Shown: positions 1 through 14,500 of the stretch, one piece after another
How the letters are laid out: the number at the start of each line of letters is the position of its first letter
Position numbering within the stretch: position 1 is the first letter of the stretch
Assembly (NCBI RefSeq): GCF_037042905.1
Contig: NC_087250.1
Location: 23,996,001 to 24,060,000 of the forward strand
Origin: Lytechinus pictus
Lineage: Eukaryota
Direction of reading: 5' to 3'
DNA length: 64,000 nt
The notes under the pieces: model-generated
Seen by the model: only the letters and a program-made list of their open reading frames with translations
Told to the model about the DNA's origin: nothing
The model's database searches: none
Position numbers and translations under genes: made by a program

Positions 1-356
1 TTTTAAAAGATCATTTTGGAAATGAATATTTTATATGACTGAGTATTTAATGACGAGGCTACTGTCGGGAGGACTGTCATCGGATAATATTTCTATCGTA
101 TTTTTTTTTATATGTACCTGCAACTTTACGGGTACAAAGACCTGTGTAGTGTACCTTATATGTACTTTATTAAAGTTCGTAAGATAGATTGTGAGAATAT
201 AAAAAAGAAAGAAGAATGAGAGAGAGAAAGAGAGCGATTAAAAAAAATATCTTTTGTTTATTATTATTATTATTATTTTTTTAATAGAAGGCGAGTTCGT
301 TTAAGCCCAACTAAACTATGGCAGCAGTTGAAGGTTAGTATGAAACTATAAAATCA

Positions 357-560
357 CTTACACCAAGGTTGTAAGGTTGGTTCATATTTTAAAAATAGAT
401 ATCATAATGTTTGTGTACTTTCCTTCTTAAAAATTGTATTATTTCAAATAAATTTCTTATCATAAGAAATTCATTTGAAAATGGTACAATTTTTAAGAAG
501 GAAAGTACACAAACATGATATTAAAAAAAATATGAACCAACCTCTCAACCTTGGTGTAAG
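357..560. mobile_element. Palindromic MITE-like foldback element
   Basis: CTTACACCAAGGTTG..GGTTGGTTCATATTT..TTTGTGTACTTTCCTTCTTAAAAATTGTA is mirrored by TACAATTTTTAAGAAGGAAAGTACACAAAC..AAATATGAACCAACC..CAACCTTGGTGTAAG. Confidence 0.7.
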
Positions 561-1315
561 CAACATACAGTAAAATCATTGCTGTTGATCATAATGTAAA
601 TCGTGATGATAAAATCAAGCACGTATTCCCAACGCTGTGTTCCCAGAACATCAATAAATATTTACAATAAAAATATTGTTCATGTAAAATCTAGTCAGCT
701 AAATCATGTAATCAGGATTAGAAAAAGAATTCTTTATAATTCAGCCATTGTAATGAAAATTGTGAAAATTATTACTCAAAACAGCAAATTAGCAAAAGTC
801 TGAATTCAGATCGGATGTGGAATGACTCCGACTAAATCATAACATATATATAAGACGTGTATAAAAATTTAGTTTTTATTTAGATCGAAAGTTAAAACCA
901 TAAAATACCCGTACAATATTGAATGGGAAGCAAAATAAGGTCACTTAATGAAAAACTATAGGTACATACAGTAATGTTACAAGGTAAATAGTAGAAAGAA
1001 TAGCCTTCTTGCATACTTGTGTTGGCTGTTGACAACAAGGTCACTTTATATTGTACCATGTATATAGATGTAGGAACACAATACACTTCACTATACCTCC
1101 ACATACAAGCGAGAGTTAATGAGTAAGGTACACTGTTATATTATTGCAGACACGTTCAGCCGCGGCCAATTATGCTTGACTTTCACTGATACGAAGATAA
1201 TGAAAGCATGTATTCAATGTACCATAACCATTGGCCAGACACAGCACAGTCTCGCCACAAAATTATTGGCGCTGATCATGACTTTGTATGGTATGCGCAT
1301 GTACACGAATTATTT

Positions 1316-1503
1316 GAACAAAATAGGCCCTATAATGTTATCCTGTGTGACTACTCATTTGGTGTTTTACTTTAACCTGAACTGCTATTGATATTGTTAT
1401 TAAATTCTATGATTTTGTAACGTGCAGCGTACGAATCTAGAGAACAAAATAGGCCCTATCAAGTTATCCTGGGTGACACCATTCATTGTTTTTACTTTGA
1501 ACT
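1316..1503 (+). repeat. Degenerate direct repeat, two copies about 125 bp apart
   Basis: GAACAAAATAGGCCCTAT...GTTATCCTG.GTGAC occurs at about 1317 and 1442. Confidence 0.6.
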
Positions 1504-3082
1504 ATAACATGTATACACATGATGTGATCTACACAACCAATTCATTGATCAACATCAACATCAACTTCGCCTAGCGTATGAGTTTAATAAATGATATTAA
1601 ACATTTTGATGGAATCTATACATTCTTTTCAGCATCATGCATAATAAAAAAGTGCATAATACCCGATGATGTTTGATACACAATTATCTACGCGTGTACT
1701 CATGAATAATGCAATTAGGGCCCCGTATCACAAGAGTTGCTATATATATATATTAAAAATAAACTCAAATTGAGAGTGATGCATTCTCTTTATAACCGGA
1801 TTATACAATTACCTTAGTCCCCCAGCATTGGATAAACAAAGCTTGGCACACTCGGCTTTCATTTATATTCATCTCTTACTTATTAGACTCAGTAGTTCTA
1901 TAGTATTGAGAAAGGGTGTAAATAGACTATAATGACAAATAAAACAACAACAACTAGCTAATTTGAGATCAAATTCAGTTTAAGTTGGAATCTCTAGTCT
2001 AGAATCTATAGACTGACCTTTGCCGACCGTGCCAATAAATTGAAATATTTGCATACAAATAAAAGAAATGAGCATATACATGTAATCCAAGCAAGAAGTC
2101 TTCAAATAACGACATGACACACTCCACATATATTATAAGAGCCTGTCAGCAATTAATGCAAGACGACGGTATACTTGTAATTGCACATAGCGATATTAAA
2201 ATCTTAAGGCCTACATGTACATGTAGATGGGATTTGGTTGACACGACTTTCACTCGACTTTATTGACCGATAGAGTACTACGTGCTATATGCCCAGTGTT
2301 TCAGACATGCGGCCGTCGTGTGTATTCTCAAGATGAATACCTTGGCATATTAATTGCTTATGTTTACATAGATAATGGCATTCATTTACAACGGGAGGGG
2401 ATATACTATGTAAGTAATGGATATCCTCACTGCATACTGACTGTACAATATACCAACACTTCTTACGAAATGTATCACATGACACGCAGGTGTATGGCAC
2501 ACGCACGGCCATGCTCCATAGAGACTTACGACTATAATAAAATGACTTTGTTTTATGTGGTCTTTAGGTAAAAAAAAACCTTAGAGCTACCATGGCTACC
2601 TACATGTACATGTTCCAATATATACACGTATAGTACAAACATCTACCCTAAAACCAGTGGCCAGGTCAACCGACATCACGTGACTATAAACCTTCTTCCA
2701 TCCTAGGCAAGTTGGGCAGGGCGCCATTATGACTAGTCTGATTGGGGTCTTGATGTATAAACATGCTTCCTTCAACTATTATAACCTAGCCTTTAGAGTT
2801 ATCTTAAATCTAGACGGATAATGATGCTATACGACTGTATTTCAGGTGTAAATGTATTATAATTTGTGATTAAGTGTAAAGTGTGTGTGCGTATCAGTGT
2901 GCGCTCGTTGAGGAAAGAACTAAATGTTTTATTGAAAATATATACATGTACATGCACATGGCTGTAGGACAAAAATCCTCGAACATAAAACCGACTCTTG
3001 GTCTTATACAAGCTACAAACATGCACATGTATGATGTACTGTAAATCTGGCAAGCTGTAGAACCGTGCACATGTAATATGTA

Positions 3083-3903
3083 CAGTGCGTCCCACAAAAA
3101 ACGAAACCGAGATTTATCAATGATTTTTCATAGCTTAATCACAAATACAATAGACAAATGACCTCCCATTTTAAAGCTTAGAATATCCTCTTTCATCTGA
3201 CAGTACTTAGATTATTTCTCATTCACGCATGAGTGAGCAAAAATAATTTGAAAAGGGGATACCAAAAAGTCACTTGGCGGGTCGTATCTGGGTTTTAAAA
3301 AGAAAACCACATTTTGAAAAAGTCCAATATCTGCTCTTTAATTTTATACCTCAATTACAGAAAATGGTCAAGAAATAACAAATTTCTGGTTATTTGAAAT
3401 AAGGCTTGAATTTCAATAATTTCATAAAATGAAGAGGTTTTACAGGCTAGCGTTCAAACTCACTCGACACTCTGTTTTGTTGACGATCAGCCATGCATTA
3501 AGTCTTTTGTTACCCTGCAATAGCTTCTGTGGGAAACCGGTGAAAACACGTTTATTTAATGAAATTATGGAAATACAAGCATTGTTTCGAGGGATCATAA
3601 CTTTTTTACTTCTGGACCATTTTCTGTCATTAAGGTATCAAACAAAAGAGCAGATATTGAACTTTTTAGTCATGTGATTTTCTTTTCAAGAAATTCAGAT
3701 ACCTCCCGCCAAATGAGTTTTTGGCATCCTTTCTTCGAATTGTTTTTGCTCACTCATGCGTGAATAAGGATTAATCTAAGTAATATCAGATGAAAGAGGA
3801 GATTCTAAGCTTTTGATTGGTAGGTCATTTGTCTATTTTATTTATGATTAAGTTATGATAAATCATCGCTAAATCTCGGTTTCGTTTTTTCTGGGACGCA
3901 TTG
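3083..3903. mobile_element. Tc1/mariner-type non-autonomous element with long TIRs
   Basis: TA|CAGTGCGTCCCACAAAAAACGAAACCGAGATTTA ... TAAATCTCGGTTTCGTTTTTTCTGGGACGCATTG|TA; inverted similarity extends over 300 bp; TA target duplication. Confidence 0.85.
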
Positions 3904-6900
3904 TATAATCGTTTTACCATGATGATGTTTTATGGTCCTAAATACATGGAAGCATCCTTAAGACTACCTGCCTGTCACGATTTTCGCATTAATTTAATTG
4001 GCTCGACTTGAAATGGGAAGTTAAATCTAAACAGACAATGCAAACATATGAAAGTGAGCAGGACTTCACTGTTCTACAATGTCCTATCATGTTCTGCTTG
4101 TGAATGCATCGGGAATTATATTGAATTAAATTTCAGTATTATATAATCAAGATCTAAAAAACAAACAAACAAACAGTGATTGTGATTCACATTTACAAGG
4201 CGAAAGTTATTATTTCCTTAAAACTACATCTATATCAAAGGCGCCATTTTTGTTTGTATGTCCGTACAGGTTGTTTGTCGCGACATTAGGGCGATTCCAA
4301 GACTTTTCCATGTAATATTTCGTCAATTGTTTGAAAGTGTCTGGACACCGGACCCCCCATCCTACTCCATATTCTGGACAATAAATTTGTCAAACCCTTA
4401 TTTACGTGTCGGGATACTCATTGATAGCGTATTATTTCATAGATTAGCAACATTATTTTCTTTACAGAATGTGTGATATAAAGCAAAGCCAAGAAAATAC
4501 TCAACTACTTTAAAAGAAGAAGGGATCCCCAAAAGGTCAAGAAGTACCCCTTCCCCCCAAAAAAAACTAAAGAAGAATGTAATAATGTGAAATAAATCTG
4601 AATGTGTTGCCTACTGACATGACTGAAGATAAGATAATACAAACTAAAACGAAAATGTGGGCTGTACATCTTTGTAAAAACTTTGTGCCGTCGACACATC
4701 TTCAAGTTGTTACATGTAGGATAAGGGCATTGTATCATAAAGTTGTGGGGTTGATTATTGTGACCGTACATGATCAATTTAAAATTTTAAGAAGCCCCAT
4801 GAACAATCGCTAAGCTTCATGTTACAGGCTCCGTGCATCAAAAGATATTGTATAAATTTAGAGGTTCTCCTGGGACTTTAAATTAGAGTAACGATTCCAT
4901 GTTGCTTAACACGACACATGTATACTTAAATAAACGTTACACTGTATATGCTTCTAAGGAACATAAAGGGAATGGAAGTATTCCATGAAAATATTGTCAG
5001 CCCTTGTTCACTTCGAAGTGTTATAAAATCGTGAAATCCATGCATTTGATTGGATGACAGCAAACTTGTCAGTGAAAATCACTCGCAAGACGTTTCATGT
5101 AATGCCCTCGGAGGTCTCGCTTTTTCGAACGCTTCATCGAGCAATCCTCTCGATCAACTCTGGCATTAGAATAAACTTCCTTTACTCTGATAGGTAAAAA
5201 TTACAATGTACATGTAGCTTTCGAAGCCACTGGACTATATTCATGATATTGGAAACGAACAGAATTACCGTATTTAATATCAGTCGTGAACACGAAAATA
5301 CTTTGATGCTATACACTTACAACAAAGAAACCGGCAGATATGTCAATATGAAAATACCCAAATCTAGCACAATCTCTATGCAAAATTTGAACATTTTGAG
5401 ATATTGGCTATAATATGTGTGTGTTCACGTTCTCTGTTTAGATTGGAAACAGTGTGTAAGTCCCACACTCTGTCACAGTGTGAAACAAATGTTAACTCAT
5501 TCATTTTTACACTTTTAAATTTGAGCATTTTATCCGTTTAGATAGTCAACTATGTGAACTCAATGTGAGTACTCACAATGTAGAGATGCCCACAGTGTGA
5601 AATTTCTTGTACGTTGTTAAATTTGTGTATTTTAACAGTGCAAATCACATTTTGACAAGTCATAGTCCACTATGATCTAAAAGACATTGTGTGACACTTT
5701 TTCCTACAGGGACACTGTTCTTTCCATTAGGGCGGGGTGGATGAAGGAGTGAAAATGTGTTTATGTGTTTGTGTGCGTTTGTGCGAGAAGAGGAAAAAAT
5801 ACATGTACATGCAGGGGGTTGTATACGTTACACAGATTTTTCTTTATTGATTAAAATCTTACAAAATTTGGAGCATTTGATTTTGATGATTGGAAGCATA
5901 TATGTAATGACATTAGTCCGAAACAAGAAAGGACGGCGATGCAATAAAAGAGGTGAATCATACATGTACATGATTCTTTCGGAAAATAAAATGAAATTTT
6001 TTTTGCTACATACAGCGAGTCATAGTAAGATATCATAAAATGTACAGATTGCTATAAATACAAAATGGCGGCAACGAGTCGAAATTATGGAAAGACATGA
6101 AATTCCCTGAAGGGGTCAACATCTAAAGGAGATACCGTTTGCAATTGCAGTTGGAGCAAATTGTCATGTGGTGAAGCATTGTACACAAGCTGCTAGTCCA
6201 ACTGGTTAAATATGGCAGCTCGGCCTCGCCTCCGCTGCACCATTAGTGGAGAAGCAAAGTGCTATTTAGCCTCAGGCTTGGACAGGGATAGATGTCAGAT
6301 GACAATGCACACGGCTCCATGCATGTACGACAAATTGGAAGCAGAAGAAGAAAAAAGAAGCATTGCGAAAATGATATGTCTATCGGCGGAGGTAGAATGG
6401 AATTATTCATTGCAAAGGGATTGTGTTCTTCCAACAAAATAAATTTGTATTCCTTACTAAAATATGCGCGCGTTCATCGGAGAATACTAGTACTGTATTT
6501 CCACGAACGTGTATTAATAATGTTGTATATGGCTAGTAAGCTTACGCGACATTCTCACGCGACTTTCTTACACATCCATGTTATTGGGGAGGGGGTTGCT
6601 TTATCATTTTACGCAAATTCTAGGTCCTGTATCTTGCCACATTTTTCTAAAGAAAATATTTTTCTGCTTAAATTGTGGATATATCTAATATTGCCTGAAA
6701 AAGAAATAACAAACTTCAGTAGACTTAATTTGAACTTCTTCATTTCTTCGGGCTTATGGCAAAACACATTCCAAATGTCATGATCATCATATTCGTATCG
6801 TTTGCAATACAAAACATACATTGGCACGTGAGGGACTATGTTCAGAGCATCAATCTTCCATCTAATGGCGAAGGCTTGACAAATTCCGGCATATAATGAC

Positions 6901-7030
6901 TGGTATCTGAGCCGTAAGAGCGTGATGATTGCATGCATTCCACCACATCAGTTGGATTTTTGACTTTAGATTGGATAACCAGAGGCAGAGCTTAAGTTAA
7001 GAACACCATCGAAATATGTAGGTACACAAT

Positions 7031-7425
7031 GGGTGATTTCAAGTCAGGTATTGATGTTGGAAGCACAAATTTGATTGCTTCCCCTAGCTCCAAAACCTAT
7101 TCTGAGTTTGTAAAACTGATCCAGATCACATTATTGACACCTCAACAACTACACTGTAAAAAATGATGCGCTAATTTAGCACTTACAGTGCTTGTATAGT
7201 GACTGCACTACGAGTGCTGATTTTCTAGTTTAAATTTGAACTAGAAAATCAGCACTCGTAGTGCAGTCACTATACAAGCACTGTAAGTGCTAAACTAGCA
7301 CTTCATTTTTACAGTGTAGTGAATGATTTTTCAGGACCATCTTCATTTTAAGTTTGGGGTTATACTCGTTTAAAAATTGAACTAACACCAACACCAAAAG
7401 GTCAACACTGAACTTGAAATCATCC
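7031..7425. mobile_element. PHIS (PIF/Harbinger-group) MITE, GGGTGATTTCAAGT family, copy 1
   Basis: AAT|GGGTGATTTCAAGT ... ACTTGAAATCATCC|AAT; 3-bp AAT duplication; same termini at 22584 and 40255. Confidence 0.75.
7152..7316. mobile_element. CACTG-terminated (EnSpm/CMC-like) palindromic MITE nested in copy 1
   Basis: TA|CACTGTAAAAAATGA ... TCATTTTTACAGTG|TA; almost the entire 165 bp is self-complementary. Confidence 0.85.
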
Positions 7426-8554
7426 AATGGGTTGCCTTTTGATGTGAACATGGAGTAGGATCCATGATGTGAACAAGAGGATACGTACCGGGTGTACACA
7501 ACCCCCTTGTCTGTATGGAGATACATGTAAGAAAGGGTAAAACATTCAACAAAGAGTATAGCTATTATGGGATGTGACCACCTTTTGCATTTTAGATTGC
7601 AGAAAAAACACTAAAAAGGTCAAACACTATCCCGAAACTATGAAATATGACGACAAAACAAACATTGATTTCAAAATAACTTCAGTTTAGGTCTTTTGGC
7701 ATCAATAACAGGATGATCCTGTGAGGGAAAAATCGAACTGAATCACTCTAATCTCTGATACTCTCCAGGTTTAACCTTTAGTGATTCTGATGACTAATCC
7801 TTCATAATTTCATTTTTTTTCTTTTAATGCTTACCTAATATGTCCTCTCTGCTTGGCTTTTCTCATCCCACATTCTGAATCATATTGTTTAAATACTTCT
7901 TCGAATTCACCTTGCTCACCATCTTACAAAATAATGCTTCCTGGGAAAAATGATGGAAGAATGAATTATAAGAAAAGAAAGAAAAAAAAAAGAAAGAAGG
8001 AAATACAGCTTGACACAAAAATCATTAAAATAGAAAAAAGTCTGAAATAACAACAAACATTTCAAGTCTTTATTATTCTCGAGACAAGCTCTCTTTGACT
8101 ATCTCCGTTCAACATGTTTAATATCTTCTTTATATTTGAATCTCCTCTGATTCCCCCCATTTGCCATGAAATGATATTAATATAATTTTCATTACCATTT
8201 GGCATATCGATTTTTGCCTCTACTCTTCCTATTTCTAGACATTTCCCTTATTATCCCCTCACTTCTCAGCCTATCGTCAGTCTCTTCCCTTCTCTCTACC
8301 ACGGTCTCGCTCCTTGCTTTAATATCACGGAGTGTGTATTTTACGATTTCTTTCCCCTACAAAGCGCCACGGCCCTGGGCCTGCGTTGATATTAACATTG
8401 AATGACAGATAACCGTGACGTCATACATTGTATTTAAAGGGAGCCTCTCTCGAACTCATTTTGTTCTTCACGTTTTGTAAATGGCTGAGGAGCCTAGTCG
8501 ATCTCGGCAACATTCATGATTTTATACATGTACACTACATAATAATGAAGTAAT

Positions 8555-8621
8555 ATCAAGTATTACATATCCCAAGACACATTTACTATATAAATGTGTT
8601 TTGGGATATGTAATACTTGAT
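8555..8621. repeat. Short near-perfect hairpin
   Basis: ATCAAGTATTACATATCCCAAGACACATTTA-ctata-TAAATGTGTTTTGGGATATGTAATACTTGAT. Confidence 0.8.
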
Positions 8622-11291
8622 TCTTTGCAGTCGAAGATTGGACCATTTCAAACATTCGTTAATGCAATTATAAGCTTATTCATAAAAGATTGATTTCTCA
8701 CTACATTGCAGATAAACATGCATAATTAAAAATAATAATATCGTCAATCTTCATAAATCTTGCTTTCAAATGAGCTTTCAAATGCATATTTGCCCGTTAA
8801 GTTAATGGTGGAGAATGAATTAACAAAAAAGGAATGAAGTGACTACAGTAATGTGGCAATTGCCTTCATTCAATTAATTTTCACTAACTCTTGGTCAACA
8901 GTAAATGGTGGAAAGACATACTAGTAGATAGAACGAGAGAGACAGGCAGAGAGGGACGCAAAGAGCAGAGGATGAGAAGATTGATCGCAAGGGGGGGGGG
9001 GGGTGAAGCGATGTGATTTTATCTTCATTCTCATTCAATGAACATGTAAAATGTGCAATGTATGCTTTACCTTGATATCAATGCACATCATGGTGCGGTA
9101 AACATGCAGGCAGTGTTCCCCTTTTCTCCATGTATTGAACCCCAGTTTAAGTGCTGCCGTTCGGCCGGAAACCAGTCGAGGGGCTCTCTTGGCTCCAAAA
9201 CGAGCGTTTACTTTCAATTGGTAATGCAACGCCAATCGTCTCTATTTACCGCTGCACCGAAGCGAGTGTGTGGGACCAAAGGCCGGCTCGACGTACTCGG
9301 ATTTAAATGTATCAAAACAAATTGGGCACACATAAAAACACTCGGCTATCTGAATTGCCGTATCTGAGGGTGCTTAAGTGTTGCAGAAGACCTCATTTTA
9401 TGCACACAAGAAAACAAGTATCGAATACCACCATGACCACATAGAGTTTAAGAGAAGAGAAAAGAAAGATAGAATGCTAGAAAGCTTGACAGAGAGATAG
9501 AGAGAGTAGGAGAGAGACAGGTTACTGCGAGAAACAAATGTAATAGAATTGGTAGAATTAAAGGGTATGTATTGGTAGTGAAAGAGAGACAAGAGCAAGA
9601 GAGATTTTTTTTATACTAATTTTTGGGGGCGTGACACACAAGCTGGTGTTTCGCACGTGGAACAAACTCCATAAATTCCCTCTTTCTTAATTCAAATATT
9701 AACTTTTGTAATGTTAATAGGCCTATTGCAATTACAGTTGCATTGAATAATGAGACGGATTACTTCAACACCTTTCTTTGATCGATGCATCGTAATGCTT
9801 ACCAAACCCCCATTTTTAGATGAAAATATGTATTGGATGTCAACGAACATGAAAAATTTGGTTTTTAAGGTTTCTTTCAATTTTCGACATTGATTGGGAC
9901 AACGTAAAGTTTAAGGGAAATAAAAATCACAATTCAATCATATCAAAGGGGTGTGTACTTCTCGTTCGTCTATCGTCGTCGTATGGTTATTTTTCCATAT
10001 CCATGATATCAGAAGTATCGATAATGCATGGGCTACTACTGATGACGGAGCGGTCTGCAGACAGATCAAAACGCGCTTGAAAGCCGTACATCAGCAAGCT
10101 AAATTGCATTTTAGGGAAATTAAAGTAAATTGAAGAGTAGTGCAAGTCTTAAGTGTTGGCGCTACAGTTGGCTTTTAAGACTGGCGATTCTTCAATTTGC
10201 CGCTCTTATTCCTGTGAGTGGATTACTGGTGATCGCTTTAACCTAAATGCACGGAAGGGCATTACGAAGCTTATGACGTCATTTGAGAATGTTAGTAGAG
10301 GGGAAAACAATGCGAAATATGATTCAAGCATTATGTTATTGATTGTAAATTCTTTCCTTTTGACATATCTGCAGTATATTTGGAATGATCGAGAAAGAGT
10401 CACACTCTCATTGCTTGTGCACACGAGTGGAATATCCGTTGACTGATATCTTTCAGATCTGGAAATTCCTTTTCTTTTTCCTCTTCAAAAAAAATCTGTC
10501 AGATCTGAAAAATAGTTAAAATGAAACAAATTAAAACTAATGAAAATGAACAATCATTGATTAGAATTGAATTAGAAACTTTTAAAAAGAAATTATCTCC
10601 CTCTTATCATTGTTATTTTTTTTAATGAATATTGTTTTATCCTTGGTATTATTATCATGTCATGTAATTAATGTAGGTCAATGTTATATTCTTGACCTTC
10701 CATGCTAATCTACAAGATTATAAGAAAAGTCTATTTCTCTCTTTCATATCCTGTATTATAGGCATATAAGATTATAGTAAAAGCATTAAAAAATATAATG
10801 TGAAACGAAAATAACTTAAGGAGAGTGAAAATTATTCAGATTCCGCATTACCCATAATTCACGAACGTTTCAAAGAAAAATAACAATGATGAATAAAGCA
10901 CAGTGAATTAAATAAAACAAAATATAAATACGTGGAGGGATGAACTAAATCATGTCTAGTGTGATGTGCAGTACATGTAGATGTAATAACACAAGCTCAT
11001 TATCAACTTTCATTTCTCTCATCTGTCAGTTAGATCTGAATGATTCTATGGAGCATAAAAACGCATTAGCAGTTTGGACGTTGCGATCGATATTACACTA
11101 GGTTGAAAGGTATTTATTGCGCAAAATTCCACGGTACAAGTGCGATGGTATTGCGCCGGTATAGCGGTTACCTTGCATTGCCCGAGGGTAGGTAGGCTGT
11201 TTTGGTCAGGTATTATGTATACCCACCATGGAACACGAAGGATTAATGCCAGATACACACAACGATACCGACTTCAAACCGACCGATAGTA

Positions 11292-11518
11292 CACTGTGGT
11301 GTTAAAACTGACACCAGTTGGTGTTAATAGAGGACCACACCCTGAGGTGTTAAAACTACACCCTAGAGATTGTAATTACACCAAAGAGTGTAAACTTAAC
11401 AACCAAAGATGGTGAAATAACACCTATAGGTGGTAAACTAACACTGTCAATTTAACACCGGTGTAAAATAGCTGATGTGGTCCTCTGTACACCGGTTAAC
11501 ACCACACTTTTTGCTGTG
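11292..11518. mobile_element. CAC-terminated, TA-flanked MITE (related copy at 57148-57374)
   Basis: TA|CACTGTGGTGTTAA ... TTAACACCACACTTTTTGCTGTG|TA; interior AACTGACACCAGTTGGTGTTAATAGAGGACCA shared with 57148-57374. Confidence 0.75.
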
Positions 11519-14500
11519 TATGTAATTGTCATAGTATCGAGTCGGCTTCGTTGGTGTGACTGTAGTTTAAGACATCATGGACATGACGCAATGAATCTCA
11601 GAAACATTTTTCTATATACCCTGTACCTGATCTTAAAAACAATGTAAATTTGGGAGGGATACAAAACCCTTACTTGTTTCATGTAGCGCTTTACACACAA
11701 AAACCGCCGTTTACTATACATGCTATATGAACCTTGTAGTTGTTTAAACAGTAAGTGTTTAAATCCTAAATAACACATTTTAATTTTAAACGTTAGTATT
11801 TGATTCTTAATAAATTAAGTATGGTTGTTTAAACTGTTACACAACTACTGTAAGGTTTATAAAGTAAATAGCTTTTTATAAAGTCTTTAAAAATGCAGTA
11901 ACTGTGTAAGCGTGAATATTAAAAGTGCACATAGGTAAAAACAGAAATTCAGACAGAATTTGAGATACAAAGATGAGAAAAGGAACTGAGGTTGATTATC
12001 CGACCAGCGAAAATTGGCACGAAGACAATGAAGTGAGATAAGGGGGGGGGGGCGGATTGGGTGCAGGTGGGAGAGAGGAGATATTGGGGTTACACCGATC
12101 GCAGAAGTAAGACTTGTAGATGCAAAGATAAGTGAGGCTTTAGAAGGCTTCCATCAAAATGGCGGGAAAGATAAGAAACCGGAGGAGGAAATTTGAGTTG
12201 AGAACGCGAAGGAGGGCCTCACAGAGAGGGATGTGCACAAACGCAATCAGAGGTTGTAAATGGACAGGATTGCAGAACATTTGCACGACAGATATTAAGC
12301 CACACTTGCAAATTAACAAAATTGATGTTTATTGAACTTTATGTGTCCCGCATTAGAATCTTAACATATCCCGTAGATAGAACAAAATAATATAACAAGA
12401 TTTTAAAATTTTACTGTTCAAACCCCCATTAGTTGAATTTTTATATATAATCGTTTACTGACTTAATACTGGATATCTAAAACCTGGAAAGTCCTATAAT
12501 TTTACTCTTTCATTTTCCAGTCCTAAAAGTCATTGACCTCAAGTCCTATAGAAAGTCTTAGAATTTCTAATTGTGCTATACCCCAAAGTATCTCTGATTT
12601 AAAGATGTATGTATTTAACCAATTCAAAGAAAAAAAAATCACAAAACATCTTGATAGAAACCTCTCTAATCTGTAAGCGTAGAAAATTCACTGAACGTCG
12701 TAAATGATTAGTATATTCAATAGAAATGTTTTTTGTTGCAAAAATTGTACTAACAATAAGGGCACAAAATCAGCGTTACCTCAGAGTGTAAGAGAGAGAG
12801 AGAGAGAGGGCAATGGAATAGATACAAGGCCAATAGAAGGGGTACGGGTTGTGATTGAGAGTGAATGAATATAACAACGATGGATGAGCTAGATCAAGCA
12901 CGAGGAATTGGAGCACGGAAGATGAAATAAAAAATAGTAAATGGGGTTGCATGTAATCAAGAAGAGGCACCAAAAGATAAAGGGTATCTTATTTTGTTAC
13001 CATCTTTAATAGATATGATTTATGTTATACTGATAAATACCGAGATATATGTTATAAAGAGACACGGTCGTTAAGAAGGACAATTAATTTCACCACATGA
13101 GATTTATTTAATGTATTAAGGAAAAAAGGGTAGGGATGTAATTTGACCACCAAGAGGCTTCGGTTCTTTTAACGTTTTTTTTCTTCTTAAAATGTCGTGT
13201 ATGTTAATCGAATAAACTGGTATTTTCTTCTTGGAGAGCAAAATGCTTATATCAAGCCTCTCTATATTAAAATAATGCATGCATTTAAGAGGTTCCAGAC
13301 GAAGGTCCAAAAGGGCAAGACATTTTCACAGGGCCCGCTACAATGCACCACCTAGCCGCTTAGAAGCAAATATGATAATCCATGGAGTAATCTGATTTAT
13401 TTTCACCTAGCTCAAACCCTGACTGTCGCCTGCATTATCGTGACGTGCGTGTGCCAAAGTACGGCTCAGTCACGCAATACGCGCAAGCTCTGTAGACCGT
13501 GTAAGATAATACCTGTTCACGTTATAATGTTATCGAGAGTGCTCTTTTGACTTGACCGTCTCTATACGCCTTATATTCAAGATAAATTTTAAGCCATTAA
13601 TTTACATGTAAATGTTAATTTTAGAGTTTAGTATAATACCAAAGAAATTGTGCTGGTGGTAAGGGATTCACTTTCATTTTGACAGGCAAAAAGAAAAAAA
13701 AAATGAGGATTAGCGTTTAGACATTCTTCCCTCTAGTGTCTAACTCATGCAATATACTGTTTTAAAACATAAACCTAAAAGCTATATGACTGAAAAGTAG
13801 GTCGCAGCTATGTCATTAACAAACATTGCAGTATAAATAAACAAGGCAATACCAATATATTTATTATGACACCGGAAAAGGTGACTGCTTATTAAAAAGA
13901 GAGATGTGTGTCACTCTTATTAATCAAGGCCAAATTATGTATGTGTCTTGGATACATTTTTTATGGTATTACACTAAGCACTAAAATTAACATTTACATG
14001 TACATGTAAATGCATGGCTTAAACTTATCTATGCAGTTTATCTTTGAGACCTTCCCTCTGAATTGTTAACTTCATGCACTTACTATTCTTAAAAACCCAT
14101 TATGGCATATATGTAGAGGCTATGATGTATAATAAAATCTGATAAGCGACCTTAAATTTTCTTCATTTCCATTGAAACGAAAAGTAGATCGCGGCTCTAT
14201 TATGAACGAAATAAAGCAATTTAGCAATCTATAACATCGGAACAGATGACTGCTCAAAAGAAAGATTTGTGTCACTCCTATTCAAGGTCAAGGTAATTTT
14301 GTACGTGTATTGCATTTAAAAAAAAAAGCTCACAGACGCTAAAACTGAAGAAGCGAATACAAGAAATCACTGTCTTGTTAAAAAGCAAATACTCGAGTAT
14401 ATCGGAATGCTGGCAGACTCTTCGTTCTTTGTCAGTCACCAGTGCACTAATTTTCTCCCGTGCTCTTAGAGAAGGGATGCTATCTTTATCCAAATGCGAT

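Noticed and set aside
2540..2575. Additional ratchet points (TAG|GTAAAA here and at about 5192)
   Set aside because: Weak donors and short pyrimidine tracts; expected by chance in AT-rich DNA.
6212..6938. Overlapping ORFs up to 163 aa
   Set aside because: No recognisable motif or convincing splice sites; composition is typical of translated non-coding DNA.
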